The notes under the pieces are model-generated. The model saw nothing but the letters and a program-made list of their open reading frames with translations, searched no databases and was not told where the DNA came from. A program made the translations under genes and the position numbers. DNA of 64,000 nt from Squalus acanthias (Eukaryota). Position 1 is the stretch's first letter. Each line of letters begins with the position of its first letter. Of this stretch, positions 26,691-40,100 are shown piece by piece. The stretch covers positions 14,818,001 to 14,882,000 of the forward strand of contig CM059449.1 in assembly GCA_030390025.1 (NCBI GenBank), given 5' to 3'.

Positions 26691-27501
26691 CTAAAATATA
26701 AAATAACAAATAAAAATTACGCTTGTGGCTGAGACATTCAAAAACTTGTGCTGTTTGTCTCAGGAATCAACAATGGAAATGCGTTCTTTCTCTCTTATTA
26801 GATGATGCTAGTAGTCTCTGCAATCCAAAGGTTGAGCCTAGTGTTCATACATTTCAACAGGTAAATGCTATTGCTCTATAGCTACGCAACTTTTGTTGTG
26901 TAGCCATCGAAGGGAGGACAAAATAGGTAAAATAGTCAACATGTAGACTCATGTTAACCTTAGTGTTTCAAATGTTTTAGATATTCCACAACATAAAATG
27001 ACTCATAAACTGATTTAAACATTAAATAACATAAAACGATTCCTAATTTGGCACTATGTTCTCAATGTGACCCAGACAGACTGTAAATATAGGCGATGTG
27101 GGCAATGGAAAAGTCACATCGAAACAACAGACAATTCTTCTGAGATAACAGCTGAAGTGCATTGTTTGAGGAGAAATAGAGTAGAGGAAGCTTCACCAAC
27201 AGTGATTTCAGGCTGAAATTACACCTGGACTGCTTAATGTGTTTGTCAGAAATTCCTTCCTCCGCTATTTTACCAAAGTGTTAACCCATGCTTTTTAAAC
27301 TGGATAACATCTCCACTAAAGTAGGGGCAAAGGAATTTCAGAGAAATGTGAACACATTCATGTGCCGTTATCCGATGGAGTGACTAGCGTTGTACTGCCC
27401 AGTGTTAACTTCTGCCACCTGGATGACGGCAAAATTCAGAGAAAACATTATCAATTCAAAACTTTAAGACTATATTCTCAATAGATATTGAATAATCTTA
27501 C

Positions 27502-27606
27502 CTCCCATTCTCCAGAAGAAAATGCCGATGATCACTGTGATGATAACCACACCTCTAACAATATACAGAATCGCGTTTGTGGTCAGATGAATCAAACTCG
27601 GTTTCT
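27502..27606 (-). CDS. Stalk/transmembrane exon of the NCR3-like gene with intramembrane Arg
   Basis: 105-nt phase 1-1 exon (acceptor ctaatag, donor GAG|gtaaga) encoding EKPSLIHLTTNAILYIVRGVVIITVIIGIFFWRMG. The hydrophobic span has an Arg near its outer end, as in NKp30, and is in frame with the V exon. Confidence 0.8.
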
Positions 27607-27738
27607 CTATTAGTCAACAACAACAACAACAACTTGTAATTATTCTTACTCTCTCTTCCCACTGCCTGTCTATGGGTTAGAAATTCAACTTAATCGGTAG
27701 CACAAAGCAGGCGATAACGAATTGGCAATGGGGAACAT

Positions 27739-28318
27739 GGGGCAATTTTAACTTCACCCACCGTCGGGAAATTGGTGGTATCGGATGCAAGGCTGGTCTT
27801 ACAGCCTGACTGAAGACAATGGAGAGTAATAAGAACATAAGAAATAGGAGCAGGAGTAGGCCATTTGGCCCTTCGAGCCTGCTCCGCCATTCAATAAGAT
27901 CATGGCTGATCTTCCACCTCAACTCCACTTTCCTGCCACATCCTCATATCCCTTGATTCCCTGAATATCCAAAAATCTATCGATCTCTGTCTTGAATATA
28001 CTCAACGACTGAGCTTCTACAGCCCTCTGGGGTAGAGAATTCCAAAGATTCACCACCCTCTGAGTGAAGAAATTCTCCTCATCTCAGTCCTAAATGGCCA
28101 ACCCCTTATTCTGAGACTGTGACCCCTGGTTCTAGACTCCCCAGCCAGGGGAAACATCCTCCCAGCATCTACCCTGACAAGCCCTGTAAGAATTTTATAT
28201 GTTTCAATGAGATCACCTCTCATTATTCTAAACTCGAAATATTGGGCGATGTTCAAACCTGGAGTTCCACCTGATCCCGTTGGTTTTCCGCCCGGCGGGG
28301 TAAGTTAACATTGCCCGA
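27739..28318. mobile_element. Palindromic MITE split by a minus-strand CR1 3' end (27830-28237)
   Basis: Inverted ends gggcaattttaactt...aagttaacattgccc with a CR1 in the middle. Confidence 0.65.
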
Positions 28319-28486
28319 AGTTGTCCCTTTTTTCAGTACTTGTCAATGGCTGACTATTTTCTAGTTTAAGCAATCTGATATGGTCTCGCACATACATGAG
28401 TTGCCACCTGCCCTTTATGTTATACGTGCGTAAAGCAAACAGTTTCCATTTTAACTGAACATATTTGTCGGTCAGCTGCCATAGCT

Positions 28487-30690
28487 GTCAGCTGTGGCTC
28501 AGTGGGTTGCACTCTTGCCTCTGAGTTCAGAAGGTTGAGCACAAAAATCTGGATTGACACTCCAGTGCAGTGCTGAGGGGATGCTGCACTGTTGGAGGAG
28601 CCATCTGTCGGATGAGACCTTATACCGAGATCCCGCCCGCTCTCTCAGGTGGACGTAAACGATCCCACGGCACTATTTCGAAGAAGAGCAGGGGAGTTAT
28701 CCCCGGTGTCCTGGCAGATATTTATCTCTCAATTAATAACAAAAACAGATTATCTGGTCATTATCACATTGCTGTTTGGGGCCTCAACTATTTACAATCT
28801 ATATTAATGACTTGGATGAAGGGACCGAATGTAATATAACCACATTTGCTGGTGGTACAAAGATAGGTGGGAAAGCAAATTGTGTGGAGGACGCAAAGAA
28901 TCTCCAAAGGGATATAAATAGGCTAAGTGAGTGGGCAAAAAGCTGGCAGATGGAGTTTAATGTGGGAAAATGCAAGGTTATCCACTTTGGTAGGAAAAAT
29001 AAAAAAGCAAATTATTATTTAAATGGAGGGAGATTACAAAATGCTGAGGTACAGAGGGATCTGGGGGTCCTTGTACATGAATCACAAAAAGTAAGCATGC
29101 AGGTACAGCAAGTAATTAGTAAGACAAATGGAGTGTTGGCCTTTATTGCAAAGGGAATGGAGTATAAAAGTAGGGAAGTCCTGTTACAACTGTACAGGGC
29201 GTTGGTGAGACCACACCTGGAGTACTGCGTAGTTTTGGTCTCCTTATTTAAGGAAGGATATACTTGCATTGGAGGCAGTTCAGAGAAGGTTCACGAGGTT
29301 CATTCCGGAGATGAAGGGGTTGTCTTATGAAGAAACGTTGAGCAGATTGGGCCTATACTCATTGGAGTTTAGAAGAATGAGAGGGGATCTTATGGAAACA
29401 TATAAGGTTCTGAAGGGGATTGACAGGGTAGATGTAGAAAGGATGTTTCCCCTCGTGGGGGAATCGAGAACTAGGGGGCATAATTTCAGAATAAGGGGAC
29501 ACCCATTTAAAACGGAAATGAGGTGGAATTTCTTCTCTCAGAGGGTCGTGCATCTTTGGAATTCTCTTCCCCAGAGAGCTGTGGAGTTTGGGTCATTGAA
29601 TATATTTAAGGTGGAGATAGACAGATTTTTGAAAGGTAAGGGAGTGAAGGGTTATGGGGAGCGGGCAGGGAAGCGGAGTTGAGGCCAAGATCAGATCAGC
29701 CATGATCTTATTGAATGGCGGAGCAGGCTCGAGGGGCCAAATGACCTACTCCTGCTCCTACGTCTTATGTTATGGGCCCAGAAATTAGGCTCCCTGGCTT
29801 CCCGCGGGTGCAAGGTTCCCGCGTGCACCTACCTACCACGCCTGCCGTTGATGTCTGGGCCCAAGGGGACTTCAGCTCCTGGGCCTCCTGCAGCTGCCGG
29901 CACGCAGTGCTTGTGTATCCCAGGGGCGTAGTTAGTGCGATGCGTCCCCTGAGATCACGTGGGCCATGGAGAGCCAATGGCAGCAGACCATCTTTCATTC
30001 ATAGATTTGACAGGAAGACCTGTCAAATCTATGAATTGAAATCGGCCCCAAAACAACACCTAAACTTAAAATAAATTTTTAAAAAATCACATTTTTAAAA
30101 TAACTATAAGTTAAAAAAATTAACTACTTTAAACAAAAATTTAAATTGTTGAAAAAATTAAAATACTTTTTAACAGTGCTAAAAATAAACTTACCTTTCT
30201 TTAAAGTATCTAAAAAAGATAAACCTGTTGAAATTTTTTTTAAGTTGTAATTAATTAGCCACTTACCTTGTTAAAAACGGGTCCTGCGCCTCCTTTTTAA
30301 AAGCGCAGCTTCTTCCGTACTTACCTTCCCGGAGAAACCTGAAAAAAAACCTAAGTTCGCTGCATGCGCGCAGCCTCTCCCACGCACGCGGTTCACCTCT
30401 GAACCGCTCCCTTCACGAGACCAGAAGTTCCGGTTTCCCGCGCATGCGCAGTGCATGCAGGAAACCGGCTCTTCAGGGGGCCTTACGGGTGAGTACACAG
30501 TGCGTACTCACCCGGCAAGTGCCGAATTTTTGGCCCATGATGTTCTAATGTTTGTGGGAGCTTGCTGAGTGCTAATTGGCTGCCGCTTTTCCTACATTAC
30601 AACAGAGACTACACTCCAAAAGTACTTCACTGGCTGTAAAGCGCTTTAAGACGTCCGTTCGTCGTGAAAGGTGCTATAAAAATGTAATTT
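28487..30690 (+). mobile_element. Deu-SINE-like element (28487-28777 and 30549-30690) interrupted by CR1 (28778-29770) and a MITE
   Basis: SINE halves rejoin as cacattgctgttt|gtgggagcttgctg; CR1 RT ORFs 28776-29682 lie between them. Confidence 0.85.
29772..30538. mobile_element. Non-autonomous DNA transposon (MITE), about 770 bp
   Basis: Imperfect TIRs atgggcccagaaattaggc / gccgaatttttggcccat; GC-rich arms, AT-rich core; sits in the CR1 tail. Confidence 0.65.
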
Positions 30691-30854
30691 TATATTTCAA
30701 AATGTTTCAACCAGAATGCCGGAATAGCTAAATTTTGTCACAGTACTGCACTATTTCAGTCTGTGCATAAGATCGCTCCTGACGTATATATGGAACAGAT
30801 GCAGGCTACTCTTTCAGTTTTAACAATACCAAATTAAACAGATTGAATTTGCAA

Positions 30855-31152
30855 CAGAGAAGCAGGCCGTTTGCTGTTTATGCTCCACACGAGCCTCCTG
30901 CCAACTCTCCTCATCTCAATCTATCAGCATATTCTTCCATTCCTTTCTATCTCAGCTGCTTATCTAGATTCCCCTTAGATGCATCTATGCTGTTCACCGC
31001 AACCACTCTATGTGGCAGCGAGTTACACATTCTAACCACTCTCTGGGTAAAGAAGTTTCTCCTGAATTCCCCATTGGAATTAGTAGTGACTATCTTATAT
31101 TTATGGTTCCTAGTTTAGGACCCACACACAAGTGGAAAAATCTTTTCTACGT
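30855..31152 (-). mobile_element. Older CR1 3' end abutting the minisatellite
   Basis: Antisense of RNFFTQRVVRM...LP; 3'UTR remnants. Confidence 0.75.
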
Positions 31153-31162
31153 TAAAACACGG

Positions 31163-34100
31163 ACCACCCAGTCCCAGAGGGGGAAAGGACAGTGTCTGAC
31201 CCACCGCACCACCCTGTCCCAGAGAGGTGAAAGGACAGTGTCTGACCCACTGCACCAACCAGTCCCAGAGGGGGAATGGACAGTGTCTGAACCACCGCAA
31301 CACCCAGTCCCAGAGGAGGAAAGGACAGTGTCTAACCCACTGCACCACCCAGTCCCAGAGGGTGAAAGGACAGTGTCTGACCCACTGCACCACACAGTCC
31401 CAGAGCGGGAAAGGACAGTGTCTGACCCACTGCACCACCCAGTCTCAGAGGGGAAAAGGACAGTGTCTGACCCACTGCACCGCCCAGTCCCAGAGGGGGA
31501 AAGGACAGTGTCTGACCCACTGCACCACCCAGTCCCAGAGGGGGAAAGGACAATGTCTGACCCACTGCACTACCCAGTCCCAGAGGGGGAAAGGACAGTG
31601 TCTGACCCACTGCACAACCCAGTCCAAGAGGGGGAAAGGACAGTGTCTGACCCACTGCACCACCCAGTCCCAGAGAGGGAAAGGACAGTGTCTGACCCAC
31701 TGCACCACCCAGTCCCAGCGGGGGAAAGGACATTGTCTGATGTACCGCAACACCCAGTCCCAGAGGGGGCAAGTAAAGTGTCTGACCCACTGCACCACCC
31801 TGTCCCAGAGGGGGAAAGGACAGTGTCTGACCCACCGTACTACCCAGTCTCAGAGGGGGAAAGGAGAGTGTCTGACCCACCGCACCACCCAGTCGCAGAG
31901 GGGGAAAGGACAGTGTCTGACCCACTGCACCACCCAGTCCCAGAGGGGGAAAGAACAGTGTCTGACCCACTGCACCACCCATTCGCAGAGGGGGAAAGGA
32001 CAGTGTCTGACCCACCGCACCACCCAGTCCAAGAGGGGGAAAGGACAGTGTCTGATCACCGCACCGCCCAGTCCCAGAGGGGGAAAGGACAGTGTCTGAC
32101 TCACTACACCGCCCAGTCCCAGTGGTGGAAAGGATAGTTTCTGACGCACTGCACAACCATATCCCAGAGGGGGAAAGGACAGTGTCTGACCCACTGCACC
32201 ACCCAGTCCCAGAGGGGGAAAGGACAGTGTCTGACCTACTGCACCACCCAGTCCCATGGGGTGAAAGGACAGTGTCTGACCCACCGCACCACCCAGTCCC
32301 AGAGGGTGAAGGGACAGTGTCTGACCCACTGCACCACCCAGTCCCAGAGGGGGAAAGGACAGTGTCTGACCCACTGCACCGCCCAGTCCCAGAGGGGTAA
32401 AGGACAGTGTCTGATCCACTGCACCACCCAGTCCCAGAGGGGGAAAGGACAGTTTCAGCCCTTCCGAACCAGCCAGTCCAAGAGTGTGAATGTAGAGTGT
32501 CTGTCACACTGCAACACCCTGTCTCAGAGGGGGAAAGGACAAAGTCTGACCCTCTCCACCACCCAGTCCCAGAGTGGGAAGAGACTGTGTCTGATCCACT
32601 GCACCACCCAATCTGAGAAGGTGAAAACACAGTGTTTGCCCCTCCGCACCAGGCAGTTCCAGTGGGGGAAAGGACAGTTTTTGACCCACTGCATCACCCA
32701 GTCCCAGAGGGGGAAAGGACAGTGTCTGTTGCACTGCACCACCCAGTCCCAGAGGGGGAATGGACAGTGTCTGACCCACTGCAACGCCCAGTCCCAGAGG
32801 GGGAAAGGACAGTGGCTGACCCACTGCACCGACAAGTACCAGAGAGTGAAAGGACAGTGTCTGACTCACTGCACCACCCAGTCCCAGAGGGGGAAAGGAC
32901 AGTGTCTGACCCACTGCACCACCCAGTCCCAGAGGGTGAAAGGACAGTGTCTGACCCACTACACCACCTAGTCCCAGAGGGGGAAAGGACAGTGTCTGAC
33001 CCACTGCACTGCCCAGTCCCAGAGGGGGAAAGGACAGTGTCTGACCCACTGCACAACCCAGTCCAAGAGGGGGAAAGGACAGTGTCTGACCCACTGCACC
33101 ACCCAGTCCCAGAGGGGGAAAGGACTGTGTTTGACCCACTGCACCACCCAGTCCCAGAGAGGGAAAGGACAGTGTCTGACCCACTGCACCACCCAGTCCC
33201 AGCGGGGGAAAGGACATTGTCTGACGTACCGCACCAGCCAGTCCAAGAGTGTGAATGTAGAGTGTCTGTCACACTGCAACACCCTGTCTCAGAGGGGGAA
33301 AGGACAAAGTCTGACCCTCTCCACCACCCAGTCCCAGAGTGGGAAGAGACTGTGTCTGATCCACTGCACCACCCAATCTGAGAAGGTGAAAACACAGTGT
33401 TTGCCCCTCCGCACCAGGCAGTTCCAGTGGGGGAAAGGACAGTTTTTGACCCACTGCACCACCCAGTCCCAGAGGGGGAAAGGACAGTGTCTGTTGCACT
33501 GCACCACCCAGTCCCAGAGGGGGAATGGACAGTGTCTGACCCACTGCAACGCCCAGTCCCAGAGGGGGAAAGGACAGTGGCTGACCCACTGCACCACCCA
33601 GTCCCAGAGAGGGAAAGGACAGTGTCTGACCCACTGCACCACCCAGTCCCAGCGGGGGAAAGGACATTGTCTGACGTACCGCAACACCCAGTCCCAGAGG
33701 GGGAAAGGACAGTGTCTGACCTACCGCAACACCCAGTCCCAGAGGGGGAAAGGACAGTGTCTGACACACTGCACCACCCAGTCCCAGAGGGGGAAAGGAA
33801 AGTGTCTGACCCACCGCACCACCCATTCCCAGAGGGGGAAAGGACAGTGTCTGACCCACTGCACCACCCAGTCCCAGAGGGGGAAAGGACAGTGTTTGCT
33901 CCACTGCACAACCATATCCCAGAGGGGGAAAGGACAGTGTCTGACCAACCGCACCACCCAGTCCCAGACGGGGAAATGACAGTGTCTGACCCACTGCACC
34001 GCTCAGTCCGAAATGGGGAAAGGGCAGTGTCTGACCCAGAGCACCGCCCAGTACCAGAGGGGGAAATGACAGTGTCTGTCCCACTGCACCGCCCAGTACC

Positions 34101-37100
34101 AGAGGGTGAAAGGACAGTGTCTGACTCACTGCACCACCCAGTCCCAGAGGGGGAAAGGACAGTGTCTGACCTACTGCACCACCCAGTCCCAGAGGGGGAA
34201 AGGACAGTTACTGACCTACTGCACCGCCCAGTCTCAGAGGGTAAAAGGACAGTGTCTGACCCAACGCACCACCCATTCCCAGAGGGGGAAAGGGCAGTGT
34301 CTGACCCACTGCTACAGACAGACCCAGAGGGAGAAAGGACTGTGTCTGACTAACTGCACCACCCAGTCCCAGCGGGGGAAAGGACATTGTCTGACCCACT
34401 GCGCCACCCAGTCCCAGAGGGGGCAAGTAAAGTGTCTGACCCACCGCACCACCCAGCCGCAGAGGGTGAAAGGACAGTGTCTGACCCACTGCACCATCCA
34501 GTCCCAGAGGGGGAAAGAACAGTGTCTGACCCACTGCACCACCCATTCGCAGAGGGGGAAAGGACAGTGTCTGACCCACCGCACCACCCATTCACAGAGG
34601 GGGAAAGGACAGTGTCTGACCCACCGCACCACCCAGTCCCAGAGGGGGAAAGGACAGTGTCTGATCACCGCACCGCCCAGTCCCCGAGGGGGAAAGGACC
34701 GTGTCTGACCCACCGCACTACCCAGTCCCAGAGGGTGAAAGTCCAGTGTCTGATCCACTGCACTACCCAGTCCCAGTGGGGGAAAGGATAGTTTCTGACG
34801 CACTGCACAACCATATCCCAGAGGGGGAAAGGACAGTGTCTGACCAATCGCACCACCCAGTCCCAGAGGGGGAAATGACAGTGTCTGACCCACTGCACCG
34901 CTCAGTCCGAAATGGGGAAAGGGCAGTGTCTGACCCAGAGCACCGCCCAGTACCAGAGGGGGAAAGGACAGTGTCAGTCCCACTGCACCGCCCAGTACCA
35001 GAGGGTGAAAGGACAGTGTCTGACCCACTGCACCACCCAGTCCCAGAGGGGGAAAGGACAATGTCTGACCCACTGCACTACCCAGTCCCAGAGGGGGAAA
35101 GGACAGTGTCTGACCCACTGCACAACCCAGTCCAAGAGGGGGAAAGGACAGTGTCTGACCCACTGCACCAGCCAGTCCCAGAGAGGGAAAGGACAGTGTC
35201 TGACCCACTGCACCACCCAGTCCCAGCGGGGGAAAGGACATTGTCTGATGTACCGCAACACCCAGTCCCAGAGGGGGCAAGTAAAGTGTCTGACCCACTG
35301 CACCACCCTGTCCCAGAGGGGGAAAGGACAGTGTCTGACCCACCGTACTACCCAGTCTCAGAGGGGGAAAGGTGAGTGTCTGACCCACCGCACCACCCAG
35401 TCGCAGAGGGGGAAAGGACAGTGTCTGACCCACTGCACCACCCAGTCCCAGAGGGGGAAAGAACAGTGTCTGACCCACTGCACCACCCATTCGCAGAGGG
35501 GGAAAGGACAGTGTCTGACCCACCGCACCACCCAGTCCAAGAGGGGGAAAGGACAGTGTCTGATCACCGCACCGCCCAGTCCCAGAGGGGGAAAGGACAG
35601 TGTCTGACTCACTACACCGCCCAGTCCCAGTGGTGGAAAGGATAGTTTCTGACGCACTGCACAACCATATCCCAGAGGGGGAAAGGACAGTGTCTGACCC
35701 ACTGCACCACCCAGTCCCAGAGGGGGAAAGGACAGTGTCTGACCTACTGCACCACCCAGTCCCATGGGGTGAAAGGACAGTGTCTGACCCACCGCACCAC
35801 CCAGTCCCAGAGGGTGAAGGGACAGTGTCTGACCCACTGCACCACCCAGTCCCAGAGGGGGAAAGGACAGTGTCTGACCCACTGCACCGCCCAGTCCCAG
35901 AGGGGTAAAGGACAGTGTCTGATCCACTGCACCACCCAGTCCCAGAGGGGGAAAGGACAGTTTCAGCCCTTCCGAACCAGCCAGTCCAAGAGTGTGAATG
36001 TAGAGTGTCTGTCACACTGCAACACCCTGTCTCAGAGGGGGAAAGGACAAAGTCTGACCCTCTCCACCACCCAGTCCCAGAGTGGGAAGAGACTGTGTCT
36101 GATCCACTGCACCACCCAATCTGAGAAGGTGAAAACACAGTGTTTGCCCCTCCGCACCAGGCAGTTCCAGTGGGGGAAAGGACAGTTTTTGACCCACTGC
36201 ACCACCCAGTCCCAGAGGGGGAAAGGACAGTGTCTGTTGCACTGCACCACCCAGTCCCAGAGGGGATATGGACAGTGTCTGACCCACTGCAACGCCCAGT
36301 CCCAGAGGGGGAAAGGACAGTGGCTGACCCACTGCACCGCCAAGTACCAGAGAGTGAAAGGACAGTGTCTGACTCACTGCACCACCCAGTCCCAGAGGGG
36401 GAAAGGACAGTGTCTGACCCACTGCACCACCCAGTCCCAGAGGGTGAAAGGACAGTGTGTGACCCACTACACCACCTAGTCCCAGAGGGGGAAAGGACAG
36501 TGTCTGACCCACTGCACTGCCCAGTCCCAGAGGGGGAAAGGACAGTGTCTGACCCACTGCACAACCCAGTCCAAGAGAGGGAAAGGACAGTGTCTGACCC
36601 ACTGCACCACCCAGTCCCAGAGGGGGAAAGGACTGTGTTTGACCCACTGCACCACCCAGTCCCAGAGAGGGAAAGGACAGTGTCTGACCCACTGCACCAC
36701 CCAGTCCCAGCGGGGGAAAGGACATTGTCTGACGTACCGCAACACCCAGTCCCAGAGGGGGAAAGGACAGTGTCTGACCTACCGCAACACCCAGTCCCAG
36801 AGGGGGAAAGGACAGTGTCTGACACACTGCACCACCCAGTCCCAGAGGGGGAAAGGACAGTGTCTGACCCACCGCACCACCCAATCCCAGAGGGGGAAAG
36901 GACAGTGTCTGACCCACTGCACCACCCAGTCCCAGAGGGGGAAAGGACAGTGTTTGCTCCACTGCACAACCATATCCCAGAGGGGGAAAGGACAGTGTCT
37001 GACCAACCGCACCACCCAGTCCCAGACGGGGAAATGACAGTGTCTGACCCACTGCACCGCTCAGTCCGAAATGGGGAAAGGGCAGTGTCTGACCCAGAGC

Positions 37101-40100
37101 ACCGCCCAGTACCAGAGGGGGAAATGACAGTGTCTGTCCCACTGCACCGCCCAGTACCAGAGGGTGAAAGGACAGTGTCTGACTCACTGCACCACCCAGT
37201 CCCAGAGGGGGAAAGGACAGTGTCTGACCTACTGCACCACCCAGTCCCAGAGGGGGAAAGGACAGTTACTGACCTACTGCACCGCCCAGTCCCAGAGGGT
37301 AAAAGGACAGTGTCTGACCCAACGCACCACCCATTCCCAGAGGGGGAAAGGGCAGTGTCTGACCCACTGCTACAGACAGACCCAGAGGGAGAAAGGACTG
37401 TGTCTGACTAACTGCACCACCCAGTCCCAGCGGGGGAAAGGACATTGTCTGACCCACTGCGCCACCCAGTCCCAGAGGGGGCAAGTAAAGTGTCTGACCC
37501 ACCGCACCACCCAGCCGCAGAGGGTGAAAGGACAGTGTCTGACCCACTGCACCATCCAGTCCCAGAGGGGGAAAGAACAGTGTCTGACCCACTGCACCAC
37601 CCATTCGCAGAGGGGGAAAGGACAGTGTCTGACCCACCGCACCACCCATTCACAGAGGGGGAAAGGACAGTGTCTGACCCACCGCACCACCCAGTCCCAG
37701 AGGGGGAAAGGACAGTGTCTGATCACCGCACCGCCCAGTCCCCGAGGGGGAAAGGACCGTGTCTGACCCACCGCACTACCCAGTCCCAGAGGGTGAAAGT
37801 CCAGTGTCTGATCCACTGCACTACCCAGTCCCAGTGGGGGAAAGGATAGTTTCTGACGCACTGCACAACCATATCCCAGAGGGGGAAAGGACAGTGTCTG
37901 ACCAATCGCACCACCCAGTCCCAGAGGGGGAAATGACAGTGTCTGACCCACTGCACCGCTCAGTCCGAAATGGGGAAAGGGCAGTGTCTGACCCAGAGCA
38001 CCGCCCAGTACCAGAGGGGGAAAGGACAGTGTCAGTCCCACTGCACCGCCCAGTACCAGAGGGTGAAAGGACAGTGTCTGACTCACTGCACCACCCAGTC
38101 CCAGAGGGGGAAAGGACAGTGTCTGACCCACTGCACCACCCAGTCCCAGAGGGTGAAAGGACAGTGTCTGACCCACTACAGCACCTAGTCCCAGAGGGGG
38201 AAAGGACAGTGTCTGACCCACTGCACCGCCCAGTCCCAGAGGGTGAAAGGGCAGTGTCTGACCCACTACACCACCTAGTCCCAGAGGGGGAAAGGACAGT
38301 GTCTGACCCACTGCACCGCCCAGTCCCAGAGGGTGAAAGGGCAGTGTCTGACCCACTACACCACCTAGTCCCAGAGGGGGAAAGGACAGTGTCTGACCCA
38401 CTGCACTGCCCAGTCCCAGAGGGGGAAAGGACAGTGTCTGACCCACTGCACCACCCAGTCCCAGAGGGGGAAAGGACTGTGTTTGACCCACTGCACCACC
38501 CAGTCCCAGAGAGGGAAAGGACAGTGTCTGACCCACTGCACCACCCAGTCCCAGCGGGGGAAAGGACATTGTCTGACGTACCGCAACACCCAGTCCCAGA
38601 GGGGGAAAGGACAGTGTCTGACCTACCGCAACACCCAGTCCCAGAGGGGGAAAGGACAGTGTCTGACACACTGCACCACCCAGTCCCAGAGGGGGAAAGG
38701 ACAGTGTCTGACCCACCGCACCACCCAATCCCAGAGGGGGAAAGGACAGTGTCTGACCCACTGCACCACCCAGTCCCAGAGGGGGAAAGGACAGTGTTTG
38801 CTCCACTGCACAAACATATCCCAGAGGGGGAAAGGACAGTGTCTGACCAACCGCACCACCCAGTCCCAGACGGGGAAATGACAGTGTCTGACCCACTGCA
38901 CCGCTCAGTCCGAAATGGGGAAAGGGCAGTGTCTGACCCAGAGCACCGCCCAGTACCAGAGGGGGAAATGACAGTGTCTGTCCCACTGCACCGCCCAGTA
39001 CCAGAGGGTGAAAGGACAGTGTCTGACCCACTGCACCATCCAGTCCCAGAGGGGGAAAGAACAGTGTCTGACCCACTGCACCACCCATTCCCAGAGGGGG
39101 AAAGGGCAGTGTCTGACCCACTGCTACAGACAGACCCAGAGGGAGAAAGGACTGTGTCTGACTAACTGCACCACCCAGTCCCAGCGGGGGAAAGGACATT
39201 GTCTGACCCACTGCGCCACCCAGTCCCAGAGGGGGCAAGTAAAGTGTCTGACCCACCGCACCACCCAGCCGCAGAGGGTGAAAGGACAGTGTCTGACCCA
39301 CTGCACCATCCAGTCCCAGAGGGGGAAAGAACAGTGTCTGACCCACTGCACCACCCATTCGCAGAGGGGGAAAGGACAGTGTCTGACCCACCGCACCACC
39401 CATTCACAGAGGGGGAAAGGACAGTGTCTGACCCACCGCACCACCCAGTCCCAGAGGGGGAAAGGACAGTGTCTGATCACCGCACCGCCCAGTCCCCGAG
39501 GGGGAAAGGACCGTGTCTGACCCACCGCACTACCCAGTCCCAGAGGGTGAAAGTCCAGTGTCTGATCCACTGCACTACCCAGTCCCAGTGGGGGAAAAGA
39601 TAGTTTCTGACGCACTGCACAACCATATCCCAGAGGGGGAAAGGACAGTGTCTGACCAATCGCACCACCCAGTCCCAGAGGGGGAAAGGACAGTGTCTGA
39701 CCTACTGCACCACCCAGTCCCAGAGGGGGAAAGGACAGTTACTGACCTACTGCACCGCCCAGTCCCAGAGGGTAAAAGGACAGTGTCTGACCCAACGCAC
39801 CACCCATTCCCAGAGGGGGAAAGGGCAGTGTCTGACCCACTGCTACAGACAGACCCAGAGGGAGAAAGGACTGTGTCTGACTAACTGCACCACCCAGTCC
39901 CAGCGGGGGAAAGGACATTGTCTGACCCACTGCGCCACCCAGTCCCAGAGGGGGCAAGTAAAGTGTCTGACCCACCGCACCACCCAGCCGCAGAGGGTGA
40001 AAGGACAGTGTCTGACCCACTGCACCATCCAGTCCCAGAGGGGGAAAGAACAGTGTCTGACCCACTGCACCACCCATTCGCAGAGGGGGAAAGGACAGTG

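Noticed and set aside
32628-32670. RSS heptamers in the minisatellite (gacagtg, occasional cacagtg)
   Set aside because: The consensus lacks the essential CAC, and no nonamer lies at 12 or 23 spacing.
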